The translations under genes and the position numbers were made by a program. Shown here piece by piece: positions 53,071-61,119 of a stretch of DNA of 64,000 nt. Under the pieces are notes generated by a model. The model was given only the letters and a program-made list of their open reading frames with translations. It ran no database searches and was not told the origin of the DNA. The stretch spans positions 20,240 through 84,239 of the forward strand of contig CAZRMM010000006.1 in the NCBI GenBank assembly GCA_964601225.1. The letters are read 5' to 3'. Source of the stretch: an uncultured Candidatus Peribacteria bacterium (GTDB taxonomy: Bacteria; Patescibacteriota; Gracilibacteria; Peribacterales; Peribacteraceae). Positions within the stretch are counted from its first letter, which is position 1, and every line of letters begins with the position of its first letter.

Positions 53071-54114
53071 ATGATTGCTTCCGCCCGCAGATTCGCTTCC
53101 TTCTTTTTTCTCGCGCTCGTTTTCGTAACGACGGTTCCCGCCGCGACCGCGCAGGGAATGTCCTTCAAGGACCTGCCGACATCGCACTCCGCCTACGCCG
53201 CGGTGCAGTACCTCACGGGCCTCGGCATCCTCAAGGGGTACGACGACGGCACGTTCCGCCCCGACAAGAAGGTGGCGCGGTCCGAAGCGATCAAGATCAT
53301 CGTGAGCGCCGTGGCCCAGGGGAAGACCTTCACGCCCGGAACTTCTTCCTACACCGATATCCCCGACGGCGCGTGGTACGAGCCGTACGTGGCATACGCC
53401 TGGAAGGAGCTCGGCATCGTCGACGGCCCGCCGACCGCCACCCTTTTCCGGGGAGACAAGAACGTCACGAAGGTGGAGTTTTTGAAGATGCTCCTGCTCG
53501 CGTACAAGGTGGATCCGAAGTCGTTTGGCGAGATCCAATTGCCGCTCGCGAGCGACGTGACGGATCCGGGCGCCTGGTACTACCCCTACATGCGCTACGC
53601 GATCACCGCGTCGATGACCACCGTGCAATCCGACGGCGCCATGGGTCCGAGCCAGGAACTCAGCCGCGCGCAAGTGGCGCTCCTCCTGCACCGCTTCCTC
53701 ACCTACCGCGACGGCCGCCGCACGCAGGCGCTCCTCTCCTCCACGGAAAGCGATCTCGTGAACGTACTCAAGATGCTCGAGGCGAAGGATCTGTCGCAGG
53801 CCGAATACGCGTCGGCGCGCGCGCTGCTCGCCGCCCGCGGCGCGCTGCAATCGAAGCCGGACACGCCGCTCGTGCAAGGCGCGCTCAAGACGACGGAAGC
53901 CTTCCGCGCGCTGGTGCGCGCGTACCGCGCCGGCTCGGAACAGCGCTTCGACGACGCGGTGACGCTCGCCAAGGAATCCTGGTCGCTTGCCGAGGCGGCG
54001 CGCCAGAAGAGCTCCGATCTCGACGGCCTCTCGTCGCAGGTGCAGGGACTCGCGAAGGAAATGGCCGACAGCGCGCGCGACCTCAAGACGAAGTCTGCGA
54101 TGCCGACACCCTAA
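53071..54114 (+). CDS. secreted protein with three S-layer-homology (SLH) domains and a helical C-terminal region
   Basis: It has a signal peptide. The three SLH units are FKDLPTSHSAYAAVQYLTGLGILKGYDDGTFRPDKKVARSEAIKII, YTDIPDGAWYEPYVAYAWKELGIVDG and ASDVTDPGAWYYPYMRYAI...LSRAQVALLLHRFL. The start could be 53053, 53062 or 53071. Confidence 0.75.
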   Translation: MIASARRFASFFFLALVFVTTVPAATAQGMSFKDLPTSHSAYAAVQYLTGLGILKGYDDGTFRPDKKVARSEAIKIIVSAVAQGKTFTPGTSSYTDIPDGAWYEPYVAYAWKELGIVDGPPTATLFRGDKNVTKVEFLKMLLLAYKVDPKSFGEIQLPLASDVTDPGAWYYPYMRYAITASMTTVQSDGAMGPSQELSRAQVALLLHRFLTYRDGRRTQALLSSTESDLVNVLKMLEAKDLSQAEYASARALLAARGALQSKPDTPLVQGALKTTEAFRALVRAYRAGSEQRFDDAVTLAKESWSLAEAARQKSSDLDGLSSQVQGLAKEMADSARDLKTKSAMPTP

Positions 54115-54131
54115 GTTCCTTATCCCCAACC

Positions 54132-55064
54132 ATGAAAAAGAACGGATCGGTTGTCCTGACGCTGAGCCTCCTCATGAACGTCTTCGCGGGTCCCATGCTC
54201 TACAGTACGTGGATCCGCAGTGCGCAGTTTCCGCTGCTTTCTCCCCGCATTTTCGCGCAGAATCGCAATGACATCATCATTAACTTCACGACGCTGCGCG
54301 GGCAGATACGGACCTTTATGGAAAATCAGAAGGACATGCACGTGGGCGTGTACTTCGAATATCTGCCGTCGGGCGTCTCCGTCGGCGTGAACGAGAAAGA
54401 CAACTTCATCTCCGCAAGCCTCATCAAGGTGCCTCTCATCATGGGCATCACGAAGATGATCGAACGGGGAAAGATTTCCCCGTCGCAAACCATCACGCTC
54501 GAAGCATCGGACCTCGACAGAAATTTCGGCCAGCTTTGGCAACGCGGCGCGGGCGCAACGCTCACGGTACAGGAGGCGATCGACCTTACGCTAAAGGAAT
54601 CCGACAACACGGCGGCGCGGGCGCTCGACAGGCTCGTAACCAACGATCCGATCCGCGAAGTGTACGACGCTCTCGACATTCCGACGGATTGGACGGGGCC
54701 CTTGCCCGTCGTGAGTCCGAAGAACTACTCCTCGGTCTTCCGTTGCCTGTACCTCTCGTGCTTCCTCAGCTTCGAGCATTCGCAGCAGATTCTGCGCACC
54801 CTCACGCAGACCGCATTCAACGAGAGCGGCATCGCAGCGGGCGTCCCGCAATTCGTGCCCGTCGCGCACAAAATCGGAATGTTCGATTCGTCGAAATCGG
54901 ATGAGCGCGTGCGGCTGGACTGCGGCATCGTCTACGTTCCCAAACGCCCGTACGTCCTCTGCATCCTCGGCGAGGCAAAAACGGGAACCGAGAACCAGAT
55001 CAATGAGTTCGCGCAGCAAATGTCGGACCTGATCTTCCGCTACGTGAGTACCTTCACGCCCTGA
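54132..55064 (+). CDS. class A beta-lactamase-fold serine hydrolase
   Basis: The SxxK motif is SASLIKV, the SDN motif is ESDNTAA and the KTG-like motif is HKIGM. It has an N-terminal hydrophobic segment. These are the C-terminal 310 codons of track ORF 53373..55064. Confidence 0.7.
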   Translation: MKKNGSVVLTLSLLMNVFAGPMLYSTWIRSAQFPLLSPRIFAQNRNDIIINFTTLRGQIRTFMENQKDMHVGVYFEYLPSGVSVGVNEKDNFISASLIKVPLIMGITKMIERGKISPSQTITLEASDLDRNFGQLWQRGAGATLTVQEAIDLTLKESDNTAARALDRLVTNDPIREVYDALDIPTDWTGPLPVVSPKNYSSVFRCLYLSCFLSFEHSQQILRTLTQTAFNESGIAAGVPQFVPVAHKIGMFDSSKSDERVRLDCGIVYVPKRPYVLCILGEAKTGTENQINEFAQQMSDLIFRYVSTFTP

Positions 55065-55071
55065 TACCTGC

Positions 55072-55371
55072 TTAGAAGAACGAGTAGACGCGGACTTCGC
55101 CGCGGCCTCCCGCGCCTCCCGCGCCGCCCGTGTTCGTCCCGCCTCCGCCGCCGCCTCCGCCGCCGCCAAGCGCGCCGCCCGCGCCTCCCGCGCAACCGGT
55201 ACTGTCCGTATCGGACCCGCCGCCGCCGCCTCCCGTGCCGTTCTTCGTGGAATTGCCCGCGGTGCCGGCGGTACCGACGGTACACGTTGCGCTACTGGTA
55301 CCGGCAGCGCCTCCGCCCGCCGTTGAGTAACCGTTCACCTTGCCACCCGCACCGGCAGTTTTACGCGGCAT
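55072..55371 (-). other. out-of-frame 3' continuation of the glycine-rich domain of 55361..57262 (frameshift or indel)
   Basis: The frame offset by one nucleotute is not the case here to be clear: the frame offset by one nucleotide encodes ...KTAGAGGKVNGYSTAGGGAAGT...GGGGGGGGGGTNTGGAGGAGGRGEVRVYSFF*. This continues the Gly-rich domain after the in-frame TAA at 55363..55361. C5 and C6 homopolymers lie at about 55396..55410. Confidence 0.55.
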
Positions 55372-57262
55372 TTCCTGTCGTGATGCCGCCGCCGCCCCCG
55401 CCTCCCCCCGCGCCGTAGAGCGAACCGCCACCGGTGCCGGCCGCGCCCGGCGTTGCGCTGGAACCGTTCCCACCGCCGCCACCGTACTCGGCCTGACCGT
55501 TGTTGGTGCCGATATTGCCGCCGCCGCCCTGGCCAGAGACACCGTTGGCTCCGGCGGTTGCCGCGGGCAATCCGCCAAGGTTGGTTGCAGCCGCACCGTT
55601 GGAACCGGCGCCGCCGGTACCGCCTCCGCCCCCGCCTGCCGAAATCGCCGCGGCAACGCCGCCCTTTCCGTATCCCCCACCGTAACACGTGAGATAGGTA
55701 CCGAACGACGAGTTGCCGCCCGCGGTTCCGTTGGATCCGGAGGCACCGGCGTTACCGTTTCCGCCCGTGCCACCCGTGCCGACCGTGACGCTTTCCGTAG
55801 CACTAAGATCGCTCGCAGTGAACCACATGTCGCCCCTCGCCCCTCCCCCTCCGCCTCCGCCTCCGATGCGTGCCGTGCCGGCAGCGCCACCCGTACCACC
55901 GCCTCCTCCACCGCCCGCACCCACGCAGATGACATACACGGCCTTGGCACCCGTGGGTTTGGTCCAGGTACCGTTGCCCGTGAACGTCTGCACGTCGACG
56001 CTTTCGGTGGTATAGGCGGTCTCCACCCAATCCGTGCCGTCGTACATGAGAGTAAGTGCCTTCTTTGCCGTGATCTCGCGCAAGGTCGTGCCGAGCTGGA
56101 GGTTGGAACTACCGAGAGTATCCTGGTCCTGGAGGATTACTTTGTTCGTCTCAGCGTTATCGGCGACAATCGTGACTGTTTGACCGGCCACGCCGTCGGC
56201 GATCGTGGGCGTCGAGGTAAGCGTCACGTTGCCCGTGGGATCGATCTTCACGACCCCGGCATTCGCCAAAATGGAGTTGCCAGCGGCGCTGATCGTCTGC
56301 GTCGCGGAGGGCTTGAGAGTCACTGTGCCGCGGACGACGAGAGAACCGGAGCTCTCAAGCGAATCCATTGCGCGGAGGATGCGACCGGAGGAAACACCGA
56401 CCACTTCGAGAGTAGCATCCGGCGCGGCGGTGCCGATGCCGAAGCGATTGTTGGTGGCGTCGAACACCACGGAGTTGCCGTCGAGCACGAACGTGTTTCC
56501 CGAGGTCCCGGTGACGTTGAGCGTCGCGCCCGAGAGGTTGCCCGTCGCGCGGATGTTGCCGGTGACAGAGACGTTCTTGCTGAACTCGAAGCGTTGGTTG
56601 GCGTGCGAATACGTGATCGCCTGGGCAAGCGTGGCGTTGCCGAAGGTGAGCACCGCGTCGGTGGCGCCGTTGTCGCTGTTGAGGGTGAGATCGCCGTTCG
56701 TGAGGATCGTGCCCGACGCGTTGATGCCGCCGGCATTGCGGATGGTAAGCGTGCCCGTCATCGTGTCGCCGGACGTGTTCACGTAGCGAGCGTCGGCATC
56801 CGTCTGGCTGATGCCGCTGCCGGCGCCGCCCTGGTCGCTGCCGCAGGAGAAGCGCTGCGTGGCGCTGTCCCAGAGAAGCTTGTCGTTGGTGCCGTTGCTG
56901 CAACCGGTGAGGCCGGCTCCGGAGAACGCGCGCTGGACATAGAGAGCGTTGCCGGACATGGACCCCGTGACGCCGAGGCTGCCCTGGACGTAAAGCGGGG
57001 CATCGAATTGAAAACGGGAAGTGGTGCGAACGTACGTAAGATTCTTATTGAGAGTACCTCCGAACTTCACGGAGATGTTGGACGAAGAATCCGTGTCGTC
57101 GATCGTTTGGAACGCCTCGGTGTTCACGAGCAGCGTCGGCGCCCACGCGCTCGTCGCAAACGCGGGTGTATGAACCGAAAACGCGAACGCGAGCACGAGC
57201 ATCGCGCGTACCAGGGAGCGACGGGCGCGAGAACTGCCGGGAATGACTTCAGACACGGACAT
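55361..57262 (-). CDS. secreted tail-fibre-like protein A: shared N-module, beta-helix-like repeats, glycine-rich C-terminal domain (interrupted)
   Basis: It has a signal peptide. WAPTLLVNTEAFQTIDD...FGGTLNKNLTYVRTTSRFQFD and DAVLTFGNATLAQAITYSHANQRFEFSKNVSVTGNIRATGNLSG are shared with genes B and C. The C-terminus VQTFTGNGTWTKPTGAKAVYVICVGAGGGGGGG... is a glycine-rich domain. Confidence 0.75.
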   Translation of the reverse strand: MSVSEVIPGSSRARRSLVRAMLVLAFAFSVHTPAFATSAWAPTLLVNTEAFQTIDDTDSSSNISVKFGGTLNKNLTYVRTTSRFQFDAPLYVQGSLGVTGSMSGNALYVQRAFSGAGLTGCSNGTNDKLLWDSATQRFSCGSDQGGAGSGISQTDADARYVNTSGDTMTGTLTIRNAGGINASGTILTNGDLTLNSDNGATDAVLTFGNATLAQAITYSHANQRFEFSKNVSVTGNIRATGNLSGATLNVTGTSGNTFVLDGNSVVFDATNNRFGIGTAAPDATLEVVGVSSGRILRAMDSLESSGSLVVRGTVTLKPSATQTISAAGNSILANAGVVKIDPTGNVTLTSTPTIADGVAGQTVTIVADNAETNKVILQDQDTLGSSNLQLGTTLREITAKKALTLMYDGTDWVETAYTTESVDVQTFTGNGTWTKPTGAKAVYVICVGAGGGGGGGTGGAAGTARIGGGGGGGGARGDMWFTASDLSATESVTVGTGGTGGNGNAGASGSNGTAGGNSSFGTYLTCYGGGYGKGGVAAAISAGGGGGGTGGAGSNGAAATNLGGLPAATAGANGVSGQGGGGNIGTNNGQAEYGGGGGNGSSATPGAAGTGGGSLYGAGGGGGGGGITTGNAA

Positions 57263-57270
57263 TTCCTCTT

Positions 57271-57279
57271 ATTATAGCA
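57271..57279 (-). promoter_or_regulatory. extended -10 element TGCTATAAT, 8 nt from ATG 57262 (leaderless)
   Basis: The minus strand reads tttttGCTATAATaagaggaaATG. Confidence 0.6.
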
Positions 57280-57323
57280 AAAATATCGCCATCTTGCCAC
57301 GCGGCGTCCTTGCGAAAAACCAG

Positions 57324-57349
57324 AAAACATCGTCAAAAAAAACGGGCAC
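57324..57349 (-). terminator. intrinsic terminator after fibre gene B
   Basis: The minus strand reads CGGGCAC-ttcg-GTGCCCG followed by TTTTTTTT. Confidence 0.75.
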
Positions 57350-57384
57350 CGAAGTGCCCGTTCGGATTCAAGGAAAGAGGTTCA

Positions 57385-58749
57385 TCACGGGGTCGTGGTC
57401 GACCAGTTGACGTTGATGTAGCCGGCATCGGAGTAGCCCGTGCTGGTGCTGGCGAGCTTCACGAGGATCGTAATGAATCCGTCGGGAGTATAGGTGCCGC
57501 TCGAGACGTTCGTGAGCGTCGCCGTGGCCCATGTGTTAGACGATCCGCTGGCGAGCGCGGCGCCGCCGGAAGTGGCGACGAGGGCACCCGTCGTGTCGAG
57601 AAGCTTGATCGTCAGGTAGTTCGCGGCGGTCGACGTGGAGCTTGTGCGGTAGCGGAATTGGATCGGGGTGGGCGTCCAGTTGTTGAAGTTCTTCGGCACC
57701 TTCACGCGCACGGCGATCCAGTAATCCTGCATCGTTCCTTGCGACGAGGTCCAACGATAGAAGTTTTCTTTGTTCGTGCTGTCGTAGCTATACGTGAGCG
57801 TGCCGACGTTCGCCGAGGAACCGGATGCGGTATAGACGGCGTTCGGATACTCGGGATGGAGCGAGAGCGAGCCGCCGGAACCGTTGGCGGTGGACGTCGT
57901 GGACCATGTGAGGTTGCCCGCGCCGTCGTTTTTCAGGTAGGTGTTGGCCGAACCCTGCGAGGTCGGAGCGGAGTACGTCACCCCCTTGAGCGTGAGGTTT
58001 CCGTCCACGGTGAGCGTGGAACCGGAGAGGTTGCCCGAGGCGCGGATGTTACCCGTGACCTTCACGTCCTTGCTGAACTCGAAACGCTGGTTAGTGTGCG
58101 AGAACTTCACGGTCTGCGCCGAGGTCTGGTTGCCGAAGGTGAGGGTGGCGTCGTTCGTATCGTTGTCGCCGTTGATGGTGAGGTTGGACTTCGTCGTGAT
58201 GGCCCCAGTGGCAGAAAGTGTGCCGTTGACGATGGCCGTGCCGTCCACGTTAAGAGTAGAACCGGAGAGGTTGCCGCGGACCTTGGTGTTGCCCGTGATG
58301 GTGGCAGCGCCGGTGATCGACGTGTTACCCGTGATCGTGGTGGCGCCGTTCACGGTCGCCGTGCCGTCGACGTTAAGAGTGGAACCGGAGAGGTTGCCAC
58401 GGACCTTGGTGTCGCCCGTGATGGTGGTAGCGCCGCGGATGTTGGCGGTGCCGTCGATCGAGAGGGTCGAACCGGAGAGGGTGCCGCGGACGCTCACGCT
58501 GTCGTTGAATTCGAAGCGGCTGTTCGTACGGTTATACGTAATGGTCTTATTGAGCGTCTGACCGAACTGGATGTACACGTTGGAAGTACCATTGCCTTCG
58601 TCGATGACCTCGAACGACTCCGTATTGACGAGCAGGGTCGGGTTCCAGGTGGAAACCGCAAGGGCATTTCCCGCAAGGAGGGAAAAAGTGAGCACCGCGG
58701 CAAGTGCGCGAGCCGAGCTCTTGGCGATGGAGGGAAAACGGGTTTCCAT
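57385..58749 (-). CDS. secreted tail-fibre-like protein B (454 aa)
   Basis: It has a signal peptide. The N-module WNPTLLVNTESFEVIDE...FGQTLNKTITYNRTNSRFEFND is present. Repeats GNLSGSTLNVDGTATVNGATTITGNT follow, then the DATLTFGNQTSAQTVKFSHTNQRFEFSKDVKVTGNIRASGNLSG module. The C-terminal ~150 aa domain (NFYRWTSSQGTMQDYW...) is shared with C. Confidence 0.8.
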   Translation of the reverse strand: METRFPSIAKSSARALAAVLTFSLLAGNALAVSTWNPTLLVNTESFEVIDEGNGTSNVYIQFGQTLNKTITYNRTNSRFEFNDSVSVRGTLSGSTLSIDGTANIRGATTITGDTKVRGNLSGSTLNVDGTATVNGATTITGNTSITGAATITGNTKVRGNLSGSTLNVDGTAIVNGTLSATGAITTKSNLTINGDNDTNDATLTFGNQTSAQTVKFSHTNQRFEFSKDVKVTGNIRASGNLSGSTLTVDGNLTLKGVTYSAPTSQGSANTYLKNDGAGNLTWSTTSTANGSGGSLSLHPEYPNAVYTASGSSANVGTLTYSYDSTNKENFYRWTSSQGTMQDYWIAVRVKVPKNFNNWTPTPIQFRYRTSSTSTAANYLTIKLLDTTGALVATSGGAALASGSSNTWATATLTNVSSGTYTPDGFITILVKLASTSTGYSDAGYINVNWSTTTP

Positions 58750-58773
58750 GTGGGTATGGGAGGTAATCGGATA

Positions 58774-58782
58774 AGTATAGCA
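58774..58782 (-). promoter_or_regulatory. extended -10 element TGCTATACT
   Basis: The minus strand reads tagTGCTATACTtat, 24 nt upstream of ATG 58749. The same nonamer plus TAT occurs at the ncRNA promoter (28535..28527). Confidence 0.55.
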
Positions 58783-58787
58783 CTAGA

Positions 58788-60506
58788 TCAGTTTTTCTGC
58801 AACTCGGTGAAGAGGAGCCGAATACTACCGAGATGCACCTGATAATTGTCCTTCGCCGAAACCCTGCACTTGACAATGAACGTGCCGCCCGGCGTCCATG
58901 TGGGTGTTCCACCGAATCCGACGGCCGCATCCGCCCACGTAATAGAGGAGAGACCGCCGTAGGAACCGGTGAGGCTCACGGGCTGGCCGTTCGTGTCGAA
59001 GACCGAGATATCGAGGCGGGCGTCCGACGGCGAAGCCGACGTGCCGCGATACTGGACCGTGATCGGATCATCCCTCCATCCCCGGAATCCTTCCGGCAGC
59101 GTGATGGGAAGAACGACCTCGTAATCCTGCAGTGAACTTTGCGTGCTCGTCCAGAGATAGAAGTTGTGCGCGTTGATCTCGTCGTGGGACACGGAGAGGC
59201 GTCCCACGTTGTCCGTCGCGTCGCCGCGAACGGATGCGCCCGGATACGGCGCGTGATACGAGGTCATCTGCTGGATCTCGCGCAGGTCGCTCTGGAGGGC
59301 GCGCATGTCCTCCACGCCCGTCACCGATCCGCCGGAAGTTGTGACTGTCGCGAGCGGAATATAAGCCTGGTCCGTCGGGAAGCCCGAGGTGGACGACGAG
59401 AGGCCGGACGAGACGAAATAAAGGTACGTGGTCGCGTTATCGCCGACGGCGTAACCGGTGACGCCCGCATACTGCGTCGGAGCGCCGCTGACGCGGTACA
59501 CGCCGGCCGCGACGTTCACCGTGAGGCCGGCGCCGGCCGAAACCTGGAGCGGGGCACTGGAGAGCGACGTGAGATCGACGCCGTTCACCGTTCCGGTGAC
59601 GGTGAGGTTGCCTTCGACGCGGACGTCGGCGGAGAACTCGAAGCGCTCATCGCTCGACGAGTAGCGGAGGGTCTCGGGAAGGATGTCGTTGCCGAAGGTG
59701 ATGACGGCGTCGCGCGCGGCGTTGTCCGCGTTGATGGTAAGATCTCCGCCGGCCGCGACGGAACCCGAGGCGGTGACCGTGCCGTCCACGAACACGTCAG
59801 TGGAGAACTCGAAGCGCTGGTTGGCCTGCGAGAAGGTGATCGTCGCGGGCAGGAGCGAATTGCCGAAGGTGAGCGCTGCGTCGGCGGCGGAGTTGTCTGC
59901 GTTGATCGTGAAGCCGTTCGCGTTCGTACCGTCGCCCATCTGGGCGTCGTTCAGCGTGCCGTCGACGCCGAGGATCACGAGATCGCCGGATCCGGTTCCC
60001 GGCGCGCGGCCGTCGACGTTCTGGGCATTGCGTGCGAACGGAACGGAAGTGATGGGCTTGCGGTCGTCGGTATCGGCGCCGACGTCGCCGGTGGGATCCA
60101 TGAGCTGATAGCTGGTGTCGGGCTGACCCGCGTACTTCACCTCCACCTGGAGGTATTTGTGACGGTTGAAATCGAACGTGGGCAGCGCGACGGCGCCGCC
60201 AAGCAGCACGTTCGCGACGCCGTTTTGCGGGGTGACCGTCTGCGCTTCGGACCAGCCGCCGTAGGTCGCGGAGCCCGTGTTGATGGAACCGCCCGACGCG
60301 TCACCGGAGACCCAGTCGCCCGAGGACCACAGCGAGAAGCGCAGCTCGATCGGCACGGTGACGGGATTGTCGCTCGCGTCGAGGAAACGGCCGGTGTACG
60401 TCAGCGTCGTCGGCGTGCCGCCGGCGACGGCGACGGGCATGGCGATGTTTGCCATGAGCAAGCTCAGGAGGGAGAGCAGGCCGATGCGGGCGACGAGGCG
60501 GCGCAT
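58788..60506 (-). CDS. secreted tail-fibre-like protein C (572 aa)
   Basis: I start at ATG 60506 (MRRLVARIGLLSLLSLLMANIAMP, a signal peptide). The N-domain YTGRFLDASDNPVTVPIELRFSLW...WSEAQTVTPQNGVANVLLG...YLQVEV...ITSVPFARNA is the pattern seen at the N-termini of many phage tail-fibre-like proteins. Two ..TFGN..RFEFS.. modules follow. The C-terminal domain (NFYLWTSTQSSLQDYE...) is shared with B. Confidence 0.8.
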   Translation of the reverse strand: MRRLVARIGLLSLLSLLMANIAMPVAVAGGTPTTLTYTGRFLDASDNPVTVPIELRFSLWSSGDWVSGDASGGSINTGSATYGGWSEAQTVTPQNGVANVLLGGAVALPTFDFNRHKYLQVEVKYAGQPDTSYQLMDPTGDVGADTDDRKPITSVPFARNAQNVDGRAPGTGSGDLVILGVDGTLNDAQMGDGTNANGFTINADNSAADAALTFGNSLLPATITFSQANQRFEFSTDVFVDGTVTASGSVAAGGDLTINADNAARDAVITFGNDILPETLRYSSSDERFEFSADVRVEGNLTVTGTVNGVDLTSLSSAPLQVSAGAGLTVNVAAGVYRVSGAPTQYAGVTGYAVGDNATTYLYFVSSGLSSSTSGFPTDQAYIPLATVTTSGGSVTGVEDMRALQSDLREIQQMTSYHAPYPGASVRGDATDNVGRLSVSHDEINAHNFYLWTSTQSSLQDYEVVLPITLPEGFRGWRDDPITVQYRGTSASPSDARLDISVFDTNGQPVSLTGSYGGLSSITWADAAVGFGGTPTWTPGGTFIVKCRVSAKDNYQVHLGSIRLLFTELQKN

Positions 60507-60507
60507 G

Positions 60508-61014
60508 TCAGGCAAGAGACGGATCGGCGTCGGAAGAAAGCAAGGAAAAGGAAGCGTCGGCGGGCGCATCATCGGCGGGCGCGGGCTCGCGGTCCGCGCG
60601 GGCGGCGCGCTTGCGACGATGGGCGGGGGTGTCGGCGAAGAAGAATCCCTCCCGGGCGATCACGCGACCGACGGTGGAGGCGGACGCATCGATCCCCTCA
60701 CCCGCAAGCAAGCGGCTGATCTCCTCCTTGCCCATGAGCGGATGCGCGCGGCGAAGAGCGCCGATGCGCGCAACCGTGGCGGGCGCGGTCTCCGGGCGGC
60801 GCACGGAAAGCGGCCGACGCGAATGCTCCTCGAGCGACGACGGATCGTCGGGGCGGAAGCGATCGAGCCAGCGCACGAGCGTGGAACGAGCGATGCCGAA
60901 GTAGCGGCACGTGAGTGAGACGTTCTCGCCGTGCTGGTGGAAGTACTCGAACCACCGCAAACGCAGCACCGCGGCGGCACTGAGTTCCAGCTCCTCGGCT
61001 TGTTTGAGGAGCAT
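60508..61014 (-). CDS. HTH-only protein resembling the N-terminal DNA-binding region of IS481-type transposases (no DDE domain)
   Basis: VSLTCRYFGIARSTLVRWLDRF...LEEHSRRPLSVRRPETAPATVARIGALRRAHPLMGKEEISRLLAGEGIDASASTVGRVIAREGF matches the HTH plus winged-helix N-terminus pattern. It is 168 aa starting at the internal ATG 61014. The stop at 60510..60508 lies 1 nt before the fibre C ATG. Confidence 0.65.
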   Translation of the reverse strand: MLLKQAEELELSAAAVLRLRWFEYFHQHGENVSLTCRYFGIARSTLVRWLDRFRPDDPSSLEEHSRRPLSVRRPETAPATVARIGALRRAHPLMGKEEISRLLAGEGIDASASTVGRVIAREGFFFADTPAHRRKRAARADREPAPADDAPADASFSLLSSDADPSLA

Positions 61015-61090
61015 CTGAACTTCCGGCAATCGACCAGACCAGGGCGTCACGGCAGAGTTGGAGTTTGTATGTGTTCGATGACTTATGATT

Positions 61091-61096
61091 ATTGTA
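61091..61096 (-). promoter_or_regulatory. candidate promoter TGGACT-17nt-TACAAT for the HTH/fibre C unit
   Basis: The minus strand reads ctGGACTtttttgcaaaaaaagatTACAATaat, about 75 nt upstream of ATG 61014. It contains a TTTTTTGCAAAAAA palindrome. Confidence 0.4.
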
Positions 61097-61119
61097 ATCT
61101 TTTTTTGCAAAAAAGTCCA

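Noticed and set aside
52648-54131. Upstream extensions of track ORFs 52648..54114 and 53373..55064
   Set aside because: The extensions overlap the DUF1761 gene and the SLH gene respectively, in other frames, and are Arg/His/Pro-rich. The real genes start at signal-peptide-encoding ATGs (53071 region and 54132).
55072-55950. 292-aa minus-strand ORF treated as an independent gene
   Set aside because: Its first 190 residues are Arg/Pro/Ala-rich and overlap frame A of fibre gene A. Only the last ~95 residues look real, and they read as the continuation of the glycine-rich domain after a one-nucleotide frame change.
55340-60719. Plus-strand ORFs of 645, 510 and 526 aa (55340..57277, 57310..58842, 59139..60719)
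   Set aside because: They are antisense to the three fibre-like genes. They are extremely Arg/Gly/Ala/Asp-rich, with no signal peptides. The minus-strand products have signal peptides, shared modules, and their own promoters and terminators.
55072-61014. Diversity-generating retroelement (DGR) acting on the fibre genes
   Set aside because: No reverse-transcriptase-like ORF lies in or near the cluster. I found no template/variable repeat pair. The one near-identical internal repeat differs by mixed substitutions rather than adenine-specific ones.
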